Shown here: in pieces, positions 35,657-46,648 of the stretch
How the letters are laid out: every line of letters starts with the position of its first letter
How positions within the stretch are numbered: the stretch's first letter is position 1
Assembly (NCBI GenBank): GCA_965240325.2
Contig: OZ251244.1
Coordinates: 682,001 to 746,000 of the forward strand
Direction of reading: 5' to 3'
Source of the DNA: Rebecca billardiae RCC1528
Lineage: Eukaryota > Protista > Haptophyta
Length of the DNA: 64,000 nucleotides
Made by a program: the position numbers and the translations under genes
Notes under the pieces: model-generated
The model's input: the letters and a program-made list of their open reading frames with translations, nothing else
What the model was told of the DNA's origin: nothing
Database searches by the model: none

Positions 35657-36070
35657 ATGCACGCGATGGCACTCTCCGCGCTGATGGCGGCGCTGCCGCG
35701 CGCGACGATGCGAGGCGGTGTCATGGCGCCGTGGGCCCGCCACGCGGGTCCGGCCGGGATCCCAGCATCTCGGCTGCTCGCGCCGGCCGCTCGCATGAGC
35801 AGCACGCCCGAGGGCTCCATCCCGCGCCTGTGCGAGGACAAGATCAAGGCGGGGCTTGATGCGGAGAAGGTGATTGTTGAGGCGGCGTATGACGACCCGA
35901 ACGGCTCGCACATCGCGATCTACTGCGTGTCGTCGGCGTTTGAGGGCAAGCGCGCGATGCAGCGGCAGCAGCTCGTCTTCAAGCAGATCTGGGACGAGAT
36001 GCAGGGGCCTGTCCATGCGGTCGACAGGATGGTCCTCAAGACGCCAGCTGAGGCGGCCGAGGATAACTGA
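35657..36070 (+). CDS. BolA-family protein (BolA4-like) with organellar presequence
   Basis: GSHIAIYCVSSAFEGKRAMQRQQLVFKQIWDEMQGPVHAVD..KTP. Confidence 0.9.
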   Translation: MHAMALSALMAALPRATMRGGVMAPWARHAGPAGIPASRLLAPAARMSSTPEGSIPRLCEDKIKAGLDAEKVIVEAAYDDPNGSHIAIYCVSSAFEGKRAMQRQQLVFKQIWDEMQGPVHAVDRMVLKTPAEAAEDN

Positions 36071-36481
36071 GAACTGTTACGACTATCCTCGGCCGCCGCC
36101 GACAAGGACAATGGTGGATGCCCGCCGACAGCACGAGACGTGTTGGACACAAGGCTCAGATGGCGATAAGGCTCTTGGGTGAGATCGAGTGGCCGTCCGT
36201 GCCGGGCAGCCGGGGCCGGCACTCGGCGCCCAGCGACGCACCGTCGGGCGCCGACCCTGGGGGTGCCACCGTGCCACGGGGCCATCGGGCGTCGGCGCGA
36301 AGCCAGTAAGAGTGACAAGCAGAATTGAAGTGGAAACGTAATTTGTGTTTGTAGCGCAGGCGTGTGTGTGATGTGTGTGTGTCATCCGCGGGACCCCGGC
36401 GGACGGCGGCGATCGGAGACCGCCGCCGATCCGGCATCCGCGCCCGCGCGCCGCCCGCGGGCTCACTCCGCGCCGCCACTA

Positions 36482-36527
36482 CTGTCGCCTGCCTGAGCTG
36501 TGTGCGTCTCTTATTCTTAGTAAACTG
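36482..36527. mobile_element. TA-flanked Tc1/mariner-like terminus remnant
   Basis: TA|ctgt cgcctgcctgagc...ttagtaaactg|TA. Confidence 0.7.
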
Positions 36528-36558
36528 TAAGTAGTGACTACTTTATTTGAGTACTTAC

Positions 36559-37788
36559 GGCTCCGGATTCGGTTGACCCCTGCCAGTGGCGGGCATTCTG
36601 AGAACCGAGTCGAAGTCACTCGAGCGGACCATATAGCCGGGTCCCTCCCGACCCCCGATTGATGACTTCAAAGCGACATTGAGCATACACCCACCTCCCA
36701 ATATGTTTCAGGCTCAATTTTCATAAGTAACACATACAGAAATCTGACCGAAATCCGAAAATGGGTAAATGCATATTGGCGCGGGTATTTCTGACGGAAC
36801 TTGTATTCCATTTCATGCATCACGCACGCCATGACCATGTATGTCACGCCTCACGGCAGCTCACCCGGCCCCGCACTCTTGTGCCGCGCTCTTCTCTCAG
36901 CTGGTACACCGCCGGACGCGGCCGCTCCGCCGCCGCTGCCGCGTGCCTCCGCCTCGTGCCGCGTGCTGGGGCGCCGCTGAAAGTCGGGCGTGATCGGTTG
37001 CACGGGCGTGAGCACGACAACGCCGCGGACGATCGTGTCGCTCTCGATCTCGCCGGTGCCCAGCTCGCGCGAGCGCCGGTCAAGATCCATGCGCGCGTAT
37101 CGCTTGAAATCAGACTCGCCCCCCCATCGTCCACCACTGCCCGTCCGCCTCCTTCTGCCGCTTGCTGCTTGTCTCGGGCTCTGAGTCGCCCTCGTCGCGA
37201 CTTGCAGTGTCGAGCGCGTAAGGATCACAAAGTACTCGTCCAGACAGAGAGGCCTGAGCTTATCGACGACGAGATGGAAAAGCATCCGCTCCATCGTGTT
37301 GTGCGTCCTCGACATGTTCACCTTGATCTGATTGCAGAGGTCCGGAGACGGCGCAACGTGCAGAGAGGCTTGCACCGACCGTGGAGTGCACTGACGAGGT
37401 CGTGCCAGACACCGTGTGCACGATCTCCAGGTCACGCGCGACCGCAAAGAGGTGCTCGGCATCGCGGTCGCCAAGATTACCTCCCAGCTGTTCGTACGAG
37501 ACGTCGGTGTCGAACACGATGCGCACACCCACGCGACCCGCGCCCGCACCACCATAGTGGGCAAAAGGCCCAAAGTACCCGGACTCCCAGTAGAAATGGT
37601 GAAAATCGGGCTCTGGCGCCGTGTAAAAACAAGCGATCGCGGCAAACGGTGCGGATTCGCGCTCAGCTCGCCAACCCGAGTCCAGCAAGCCTTCGACCGC
37701 CTCCGTGCGACCTCGCGAAGGTCGTTTTCATTTTCGGTACGCCCGGTTTCTATGACCGGACTGGCAGGGGTCAACCGAAGCCGGAGCC
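36559..37788. mobile_element. GGCTC-ended TIR element, 4 bp TSD TTAC
   Basis: TIR ggctccggmttcggttgacccctgccagt. ttac at 36555-36558 and 37789-37792. Right end shared with 48783-48842. Confidence 0.85.
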
Positions 37789-37837
37789 TTACTCAGTTAC
37801 CGTCATACTCATCGGTCATCCGCGGGCGAGTAGTTTA

Positions 37838-37878
<41 letters not shown>

Positions 37879-37898
37879 CGACTATTATTGTCAGTGCC

Positions 37899-38856
37899 GG
37901 CTCCGGTCACTGTCCGGGACGTCCAGCAGGGGTGCATTCAGACTCTCTGGGGGGGTCTGGGGGGGGGCTCCCCCCAGCCGATCGAAGGACCAAATATACG
38001 CCTCAATAACTCAGTTATTCAATAAGGCCCCGCCAACTCGCCAGAATTCGCATAGCAGACCGTGTTCGCTGGTGTTGGCTGAGGGCTGCGTCGTGCGGCG
38101 TCGGCTCTGCGCCGGGCGGCCATGACGCATTGCACACAGCCCCGATATCGGCGCCTCCCTCGCGAGTCAAGACGTAGCGTAGTGCAGGATCGAGCAACGC
38201 ATTCGGACCGCTGCGGCGCGCAGGCCACGCCGCACCTCAGCACTCGCGAACAAGCTCTGAGCCAGCCAGCTGTGGCAGTCCTCTGAGGAGCTGCAGCCAA
38301 GCACGAGCTCGTGCACCACGAGCTGACGGCGCGGCCCGGGGCGCGAGCAGCTAGAAGCCGACAAGCTCATGCGCACGCCCGCACCGCCGCGAGGTGTGGC
38401 CGCCGGCGCGAGCAGCTCGACGCGGACAGCGCGCAGCTTGCTCGAGTCGACGAGCAGCTTCTCGCCCATCGATGACTCTCAGTGCACGAAGGTGCACCCG
38501 AGGCGCGAGCGCGACAGGGTGCCGCGGCCAACCAGCGGATGCGCCCGGATCAAGGCCTCCAAGACGTCTCGTCTCCTCGCCCGCTCGGCGGCGCTCCATC
38601 GTGCGAGAGACCGGTCCGGGAGCCCCCAAAAAAGTTCAGCACGATGGAGTCCTCCGTGTTCGACTGTGACGACGCGTTCAAACACGTCGAGGCGTGAGAA
38701 GACGTCGATTACTTCGATGAGGACTACGTTACTTCGTCCGCCGCCCCGGAGATCTTTCGATTGGTACCCTCATCGCTCCCTGGCTCCCAGGGGTTCGTCT
38801 AAATGCACCCCCCCCCCCCATAGGGTCAGTGGACGTCCCTGACTGTGGCTGGAGCC
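37899..38856. mobile_element. Second GGCTC-ended TIR element, 4 bp TSD TGCC, with decayed ORF on the minus strand
   Basis: TIR ggctccrgycacwgtcmgggacgtcca. tgcc on both flanks. Interior homologous to 49185-49820. Confidence 0.8.
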
Positions 38857-39202
38857 TGCCGCCGCGGCCATCGGCACAGAGATCGCGGAGGCTGTCGGCT
38901 GCTTCCACATGTGATTCCCGGCAGCGCGGCCAGCGGGCGCGGCACTCCCCGACTCCGCCACTGTCCGGCCGGGTCACGCGGTTGCGCGGAGTCCGAGGAA
39001 GCTACGGCGCCGCGCGACTCGGTGCCGCTGGCGCGGCACCGTGACTCACTGGCAGTGACTGACGAGTGACGGGTAGCCAGGCCATGCAACGGTGTCCGCC
39101 AGTGAGTAGTGACTCAAGTGACCGCAGTCGGTGCCGGGCCCGCCGGGGGCGGCCCGCCGGGCGGCGCCGGTGACACCCGGCGGCACGCGGTTCTCGAGCT
39201 CG

Positions 39203-40942
39203 TCAGATAGTCGAGGCGTGCGACGCTCGCCACGCACGCAGCACATCATCGACGAATCCGTCGGCGGCGCGTGCGCACGGCGCCAGGACAGCCGGCGGCA
39301 CACCTGCGCCGCAATGGCCGCACCCGCCGCACGTGCTCGTGCAGGAGCGCAGCATGCCGCGCTCAGCCGCGTCATCGGGCAGCGTGGCGCCGACGGCGCG
39401 CCACGGGTCATCGGAGAAGTGCCAGAAGAAGGCGGCGCTCGCGTCGGGGTATGCGCCGGACGTGGGGCTCGCCCCGCCGAAGCGCTCGTTGAAGCGGTGG
39501 TTGGCGCTCGCGAGCTGCGCTGCGGTGCCGGCTCCGAACATGTACTCACACTGGCGCCGGAGGGCGGCGCGCGTGAGCCGGCGGGAGCGGAGCGGCCCGC
39601 ACGCGCGGTCGCGCCCGTCGGATCGGCCTGGCGTCGGAGCAGAGAGGCCCCCTTCGTCCGCGCACCCGCCCTCCGCTGTGCTCTGCAGATAGCCCAGCTC
39701 GGCGCATTTTTGGAACCGCCACGAGCGCGCGTTCAGGGCTCGCTCCGACACACGGCCGCTCGGCTCAAGGCGCAGCATGCGCGCCGAGCCATGCGGCTGC
39801 GCCGTCGAGGCGGCGGGCGGCGCCTGTGCGCGCGGCGCGCGCACGCACTCCGAGTCGTAGAAGCATCCGGCAGCGAAACTCCCGCCGTAGCGTTCGGCCA
39901 GCAACGCGGCGAGGGCGCTCAGCCGCGCCTCGTCGGTTGCCGCGTCAGGCAGGGCGCACAGGCGATCGCACAGCCACCGCTTGCTGCCGTACTGCACCGC
40001 CATGGCCGGGCCGTCGGCGAGCGCGTACGCGAGGTCGGCGTCGCGGATGTCCGCAGGCACGGTCGCCCGTTCCGCTGAGACGAAGCCGGTCGGGCGGCCA
40101 TTGCCCGCGCGCGCGCCGCCCGCACGGCCGGTTGCGTCGGTCGTCACGTTGAAGAGGCGGCGGAGCGCGGAGCCTTCGCCCGCGTCGAGGGCGCGGTCGA
40201 GCGCGTCCATCGTGGCGCGCAGCGCGTTGGCGCAGCGGGGCACCTCCACCGACGCGGGCTTGTCCGCGCGGAGCAGCGCGCCGCGCACCGCCCCGTCGAA
40301 CGCCGGGAAGTCTGCACGCGCGTCCACCACCCCAGAGCTGCTCACGCAAGCATCCACGTGTCCTGGGTACGCGGCGCGGAGCCACGCGCAGAGCGCGCCG
40401 GCATACGAGCCGCCAAAGGCGACGACGGGCCGGCGCGCCAGGCCCGGCGGCGGCCCGAGCGCGCTCTGCACCGCATCGAGCACGGCGGCCGCGTCGGCGA
40501 GCGCGCTCTCCACCGTTAGGCCGACGCGATACGCGTGCCGCGCGCCGTCCACAGCAGCGGCGCCGGCGGCGGTGCACGGCGGCGGGGCGCTCTGGCCGTA
40601 GAAGCGGTGCTCCGTCGCCACGCACACTGCACCGTGCTTCTCGCCCATCTCGCCGCAGCTCGCGTACTCTGTCGTGCCCTCGCCGCCCAGCTTGAGGAAC
40701 ACGGGAGCATCGCGCGCGCGCGCGTGCGTGCGGTCAACGTGGAAGCGGATGGCGAAGGGCGGGTGCGCCGTGGGCGCGTGCCAGTCGAGCGGCACGTCGA
40801 GCCAGTTGGTCGTGCTGTTGGACGAGCGGGCGCACGCTGCGCGCTGCAGCGACGGCGGTGCCAGCAGGCAGCCAAGGCTAAGGGCGAGCTCGGCCGCCGC
40901 CATGCCGGTCGTCTCGTCGAAACACCAGTAATGTACCCCCAT
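39203..40942 (-). CDS. Serine carboxypeptidase S28 family, intronless
   Basis: PVFLKLGGEG, EHRFYGQS, LTVESALADAA, nucleophile FGGSYAG, RSWRFQKCAELGYLQ, DPW, GHC. The start may be ATG 40903. Confidence 0.9.
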   Translation of the reverse strand: MGVHYWCFDETTGMAAAELALSLGCLLAPPSLQRAACARSSNSTTNWLDVPLDWHAPTAHPPFAIRFHVDRTHARARDAPVFLKLGGEGTTEYASCGEMGEKHGAVCVATEHRFYGQSAPPPCTAAGAAAVDGARHAYRVGLTVESALADAAAVLDAVQSALGPPPGLARRPVVAFGGSYAGALCAWLRAAYPGHVDACVSSSGVVDARADFPAFDGAVRGALLRADKPASVEVPRCANALRATMDALDRALDAGEGSALRRLFNVTTDATGRAGGARAGNGRPTGFVSAERATVPADIRDADLAYALADGPAMAVQYGSKRWLCDRLCALPDAATDEARLSALAALLAERYGGSFAAGCFYDSECVRAPRAQAPPAASTAQPHGSARMLRLEPSGRVSERALNARSWRFQKCAELGYLQSTAEGGCADEGGLSAPTPGRSDGRDRACGPLRSRRLTRAALRRQCEYMFGAGTAAQLASANHRFNERFGGASPTSGAYPDASAAFFWHFSDDPWRAVGATLPDDAAERGMLRSCTSTCGGCGHCGAGVPPAVLAPCARAADGFVDDVLRAWRASHASTI

Positions 40943-41163
40943 TGTATCAATCTGTACGCTTACTTAACTTAACCCACTTGAAACCGCTCATGAAGTGGCG
41001 GGTGCTGCGGTGGGCTCTCCGCAGCGCCGCCGCTCGGCCCACGCCGAGCTGAGAGCGGCGGACAGCCGGGCACGTCTTGCCGAGTGCCCGAGTCCCACTG
41101 GTCAACGAAAGCCGCCGCCGGCTGTCGTTCGTGAGCCTCGCGGCCGGCATCCAGCCAGCCAAG

Positions 41164-41835
41164 ATGAGCGTGCTGGGCAAGAGGGCGGCGCCAGAGAGCT
41201 GCAGTGCTCTTCGCCGCTGGGCCGTGTACGACCAGTCCTGCTTCATCCGCGACGCGGGACCGGGTGCACTGCCCGACTGGGCGTGGCTCTTTGCGACCAG
41301 CTACGGCGCGGGCGGGCCGATCACCGCGCGGATGGCTGCGAGCATGCACCACATGTGCACGTTCCTTGCGCGCGACGTCCTCGCGCAGGGCGACGCGCCG
41401 CCGTACCTGCCGCCTGCCGCCGCCGGCTACTGGCGGAGCGCACCTGGCTGGGCGGAGTGCTTTGCTGAGTGCTTCCGCCGGCTCGCACTGCGGCTTCGCA
41501 CTGGCTCGCTGCCCGTCGCCAACTGCCGGGCGGAGGCGGTGGCGCTGGTCGCCACCCTCGAGGCGGTGAAGAATTGCTACGAGCCGTACTACCTCGGCTC
41601 ACTCCACGCGCTGCCGTCCGCTCCCGCGGACACCGACTATGGCAGCGTGCTCGCGGCGTGTGTGCCTGCTGTTGCGCTTGAATGGCGCGCAGACGAAACA
41701 GCCGAGTGCTGGTTCCGCCTGTTCGACGCCGGTGCCGGGCCGGACGAGCTGGACGAGGTGCGTGCCCTCGACGCCAGCCGTCATGGCCCGTGTGCCCGCG
41801 TCTGCCGCGTGGAGCAGCCTGTCTCCTCGTCGTAG
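41164..41835 (+). CDS. Hypothetical protein (223 aa), intronless
   Basis: Balanced globular composition, ATG in a divergent pair with S28. Confidence 0.65.
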   Translation: MSVLGKRAAPESCSALRRWAVYDQSCFIRDAGPGALPDWAWLFATSYGAGGPITARMAASMHHMCTFLARDVLAQGDAPPYLPPAAAGYWRSAPGWAECFAECFRRLALRLRTGSLPVANCRAEAVALVATLEAVKNCYEPYYLGSLHALPSAPADTDYGSVLAACVPAVALEWRADETAECWFRLFDAGAGPDELDEVRALDASRHGPCARVCRVEQPVSSS

Positions 41836-42756
41836 CCGTCTTGCTTCTTCATCCGACATTGAACATTCGTCTCGGGACGGCGATGGCAGACGACTGACTG
41901 GGGTGGGGACTGCCCGGAGCAATCTGGCAACGCATCGTCGACGGTTCGCCTCATCGTGCTCAACGGCTATCACTGCTCATTGTGGGCGCACTGCTCGGGC
42001 AACGGCTCAGCCCATGGCACAGCGACACCGTCTCCGCGGCACCCGGCTGGCGGCGTGACCGTTATCGCGGGCGCCGCGGCCACCGCAGTGATGTCAGGCT
42101 GCCATTCGGCATATGATTCATCTGAGTAACTCGCGGCCCGGCGAGGTAAACGCGTAATTCATCATACATCAGCTATTGTAGTGCTGTCGACGCGAGTAGA
42201 CGACTCATCGGCAGCAGCAGATGAAACGATGACCAGTCTGCGTTCGGACCGTGACGAGTTTCAAGGCGGCAGCCGAACTCAGATAATAATAAGTATTATA
42301 CTATTAATAAATTAATAAGTACTAATAAGCAGTAACTAATACTAATACATTATATATATAAAGTGACCGTGACTGAGTGCATGACTTAGCTTACGTCTTA
42401 CCGCGGGCCGCCGGCGACGGGCGGCGACCGCGGCGGCGGGCGGGTCACCCGTTGCGTACCACCCGCGGTGAGTCACCGGACTCGTCACCGGTCACTCCGA
42501 CGGTCCGAGCCCGAGGCCCGGCGACCGCGCGGCGGGCGCGCGCTGCCCCGGACTCTTTCTCTTAGTGCCAGGGCGCGGGCCCGGGCTCGGGGGGGCGATT
42601 CCGCGGAGTCATGCTGCCAGCGCATCAACGCCGCAGCACTATTCAGTCGACATCATACCGGAGCAGTGTGCCCGACTGATGAAGCGCCTCCGAGGACCTC
42701 CAATCTGATAGTGATACTGATACCCTCGCGCCTCGTCCGTCAGTCAGTACGTGCCT

Positions 42757-44172
42757 TCACTGCCTGGCGGCTGCGTACCGTGCGGCGCCGCGTGCGACTG
42801 CTGCTGTCGCGGAGTCGCCGCCATCGCGCAGGTTCTGGTGGCTGCCAGCGGGGCGCACCGCCACGGGCTTAGCGTTCGCGATTGCCAACGCGGGGCCCGG
42901 CGTCGGCGCGGCCGGCTGCTGGCTGCTCAACTCGGACAGCAGCGCGTCCAGGTCCTCGCCGCGCGCCGCCATCGCCTCGCGCACCGAGTTCAAGTCGGCG
43001 TCGAGCCGCTGCAACGCTGCAGCGTACACGAAGTCATCCAGCTCAGTGAGCCCACGAATGTCGCGCATCAGCGAGACGGGGACGTGCACGCTGTCCGTGT
43101 GCGTGCCCCATGTTCTCGCCTGGGAGGAGCCGCGCGCCGTGTGCACCGCCCGCCTCCGCGCCTCTGCCGCGACCAACGGTGGCAGCCCCATGCGCTCGAT
43201 CAAAACGACGAGCAGAGCACTCATGTAGGCAGTCGTCCCGACCGCGTACGCGTGCTCGATGCGCGCGTGTGCGAGGCGCACGGCGGCGCGGCGTGACGTG
43301 GTGTCAGCGTGCTCCACGCCGCACAAGCACTTGGCGCGAGCGGAAGCCCCCTTGCCCATCGCCTTCGTCTGCCCCGGCGCACGCGGCACATCGCACGACG
43401 AGCCGAGGTTGACCGTCTGATAATTCAGCGGGTGCATGCGGCAGGTGCTTCGGAGCATCTCCTCCGCGGGGTGGAGGCAGCCGAGGCCCTTGCCGGCGAG
43501 GTCGCTGCGCACGTCGGCCCAACGGTGCACCCACGTGGCCAGGCTCTCGTTCATCTTTCCGTGCCCACGATGCGCGGAGCGTTTCTGTGTGCACATCTCG
43601 TGCATGCTCACGACGTGCTCGATCGGCTCTCGTGCGAGCAACAGCACGCGCACAGCGGGCTGATTCGGGGCGATGACATTCGAGAGGAAGGAAGCGGAGT
43701 AGGCGATCTCAATACCCATCGCAATTTCAATCTCGTCGCGCCGTCTCCGCTCTCTCCGACCTGCCTGCCGACTACCGGCGCCACCATGAAAGCTCGTGGC
43801 CCCGAGATGCTTCGCCTCCACGGCCGCGACGCCGTCGAGGTCTGAGCGGAAGGAGGAGCCACCGGTCTTCGAGACGTGGTAGAAGAGGTAGAGCGGCAAG
43901 ATCCCGGGGGGGCGCTCGGAGCATGGGGCTAACGCCAGATGGCGCTTTGCGACGTACGAGGCTTCGACGTTGAAGTCAGGTTGGCTCTCGTTTTCCGCGC
44001 GCGCGGTGCAGCGCACGCCCGGCGGAAAGCCCATGCCGGCAACCAGCACGGGGCGGCAGGCCAAGCCATTCGTGCCGACGCGACAGCACTCGCCCGGTGC
44101 GAGCTCCGGAGCGCACAGTCCCTGCTGTGCGCTCACGAGCGGGAGCAGCGCCGGCACCCACATTCCGAACAT
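42757..44172 (-). CDS. Secreted/Golgi sulfotransferase-like protein, intronless
   Basis: LFYHVSKTGGSSF (5'-PSB), VLLLAREPIEHVVSM (3'-PB), NYQT, LDDFVYAAA. Signal peptide. Confidence 0.8.
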   Translation of the reverse strand: MFGMWVPALLPLVSAQQGLCAPELAPGECCRVGTNGLACRPVLVAGMGFPPGVRCTARAENESQPDFNVEASYVAKRHLALAPCSERPPGILPLYLFYHVSKTGGSSFRSDLDGVAAVEAKHLGATSFHGGAGSRQAGRRERRRRDEIEIAMGIEIAYSASFLSNVIAPNQPAVRVLLLAREPIEHVVSMHEMCTQKRSAHRGHGKMNESLATWVHRWADVRSDLAGKGLGCLHPAEEMLRSTCRMHPLNYQTVNLGSSCDVPRAPGQTKAMGKGASARAKCLCGVEHADTTSRRAAVRLAHARIEHAYAVGTTAYMSALLVVLIERMGLPPLVAAEARRRAVHTARGSSQARTWGTHTDSVHVPVSLMRDIRGLTELDDFVYAAALQRLDADLNSVREAMAARGEDLDALLSELSSQQPAAPTPGPALAIANAKPVAVRPAGSHQNLRDGGDSATAAVARGAARYAAARQ

Positions 44173-44190
44173 GCGCGGATGCGCAGAGTA

Positions 44191-44323
44191 CAGTTTACTA
44201 AGAATAAGAGACGGGGGCTGGCCAGGGTAGGGCTGGAGACTTCGGCCGCCAGTCTGATCACCCGGAGCCCGTTATAAAGGGGAATTTAGAGCACACAGCT
44301 CAGGCAGGCGAGATTACAGACAG
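44191..44323. mobile_element. TA-flanked Tc1/mariner-like terminus remnant interrupted by a 78 bp insert (44213-44290)
   Basis: TA|cagtttactaagaataagagac [insert] gcacacagctcaggcaggcgagattacagacag|TA. The insert recurs at ~48919-48977. Confidence 0.75.
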
Positions 44324-44728
44324 TAGTGCCGCAGACTGAATCGTGCTGCATGATTCAGCATGCTGCATGCAGGACCATGTTCAATATATATTATGTGGCG
44401 TTATATATAACGCAGTTATAACCGATAATGTGTCGGGAGGCTGGAAGGTGATGCGTCGCTGGTGGGCCAAGGGCCTCCATCGTCTACTTGATCCTGCAGG
44501 TAACATGATCTAGTTCAAGTTGCTACGTGGCAACGTGCTGCTACCCAATCCGGATAGCGGTACCCGGCGCATCGGCCTAGTTTCCAGCAGAGACCATCCC
44601 TCGGACAAGCTTTCCGGCGTTATCATCATCATGGCAGCTGCCTCCTTTCATATCGGCCTACTACCCCGCTTGCTCCTTCGGTAAAGCAAGAGCCGTGGGT
44701 AAACTCCGTAAAGTACCGTTGGGCCCGA

Positions 44729-45000
44729 AGGGGCTTACAAAATACCACTGGGGGCGAAACACAGCCGTCGGATGCGAGGCTCCTGAGACGGACAGTGTCC
44801 GGTCAGTGGAAAACACTGTGGGGGAAGTTTGAATCCGGGAAAGCGGGTAATCTGTCGAGCCATCTCAAGTTCTTTCAAGTCAGCATTCCGGTCTTTTTTT
44901 CATACGAGCGGCTCCCGGACGCTGTCCGTCTCAGGAGCCTCGCATCCGACGGGGCTCCTCACTGGCGCTTTCGCCCCCAGTGGTACTTTTGTAAGCCCCT
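44729..45000. mobile_element. MITE-like element with ~75-85 bp inverted arms
   Basis: aggggcttacaaaataccactgggggcgaaa...ccgtcggatgcgaggctcctgagacggacag is mirrored at 44914-45000. No TSD seen. Confidence 0.75.
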
Positions 45001-45220
45001 CAGTGCACTCTCCGCACGACTAGGTTGGCGGTGCTCGAGATCCAGCAGTATCTGAGATCGGCAAGTCCGCTATACAGACAGTACACTAACACGCGGTTTG
45101 CGAGTGTCGTGGCTTATACTGCTGTCTGAAAGTTGGCTACTACTCGCGGCAACGCGCCCCTCACCTGCCTGCGCCGGTCTGTTTAAAACATAGTAAACTG
45201 TAATCCGAAGCCGTGACCGA

Positions 45221-46084
45221 CCCGTTGCAAGCGTGAGCGCCGAAAAAACGACACTTCTACTGCGGCCTAGAGTGACGATAGTCTTGCCGGCGGCGGCGGC
45301 GGCGGCGGGAGCGTGACAGTGCGTCTACCATCACCTTCCGTTTAGCGCGCTACGCCGCGCGTGCCGGGTAGTGCCCCCGGCCCGCCGCAGCAGCAGTCGA
45401 AAAGTAGTGAAGAGACGATGACCGCGGACGCAGTGCCGCAGTACAGCCTGCATCCACTTGCAGCGCGGCGCGCACTGTACGGTTGCACTTGCAGCGCTCG
45501 CGCTCAGCGAGCATGGGCGTGCGCTCAGGCGTGTCAAGTGCTGTGTCGTCGGCGCGCTTTCGCCTGCCACCTCGCGCACCCGTGCACGCAGCTTCATCGT
45601 CTTCATGAGGACTGCTGTGCTGCTGTCGCCATCACCCGAGTCTGCGGTCGCGCGGCGCGCGCGGTGGCAGCTGTGCACCGCAGAGTGTCACCGCTGCTGC
45701 TTCGCAGCAGTCGTCAGCAGTTGCGTCGTCATCCTCCTCGTCGTCGGCTTCCACTGCCGCAAGAGGGAACGCTGCCAAAGCTGCAGTTGGGAGGCAAGCC
45801 CTTCTCTCTTCCCACCGCGGCGCGCGCGTTGTGACAGCCCTCCCCGTTTGGCTTCTCTTGACCACCTGCTGAGGGTTTTGCAGCTCGATCTCGGCAACGG
45901 CACCACCTGGCGACGAACGGATTGGATTGGTGCACGGGGAATTGGATTCCCCGTGCACCAATCCGCTCGGTTCGTCGCGCCCGGCCGCCATCGCCCAGCG
46001 CTAGTTGCAAAACCGTATTTTCACCGGTACGTCGCATTTTCACCGACCTACGGGACCTCACTCGACACTCACCCGTGCAACGGG
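45221..46084. mobile_element. Possible short-TIR element with decayed coding relic
   Basis: cccgttgcamgsgtgag inverted at both ends, flanks ccga and tcga. Broken minus-strand frames inside. Confidence 0.45.
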
Positions 46085-46648
46085 TCGACCCCGTTCGCGG
46101 ACGCGGGCCGTGCCCCGTTCGCGGACGCGGGCGGCCGCGGCGAGACTGTCCCGTGTCCGCGAGAGGCGTGAGACTGGCCCACTGACCGCGTATTATATAT
46201 ATATACGGCGCCCGGTCATCCGAGCAGTGACGGCAGGACCGGGAGCGAGGCTGACTGCGGAGCACGCCGTGACGCCGTCGGAGCACGCCGTCCGGCGCGC
46301 CGCCGGCCGCGACCGCGGGCGCGTGGCGCGTGTCGGGCCGGCGCGGTCACTGGCGACCGTCAGCATGATTCACACAACTTACTACCGCGAATCGAAAATT
46401 CAGACCCGCCAAATCGGCCTGCCGGCCGGCGCCGCGACGGCCGCGAGTGACGTATCTGGCTGAAATTCTGTCGGTATGCCGATCCGCCACCGGGTGCGCT
46501 GTCAGTCGGCGCGGGGGCACTCTCGGGGCCAGTTCGGCAGCGCGGGCCGGGCCCGGCCCTGGGGGCTCCCGGCAGCTGTGGCCCGGGCGGGACGCCTATA
46601 TTTCCGCGTCGCACGCCTCCGCTGCCGGCTGCGCTCGTGGCTTGCGGC

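Noticed and set aside
36477-36536. CACTAC..GTAGTG mini CACTA element
   Set aside because: No 3 bp TSD. The TA-flanked Tc1-like terminus explains it better.
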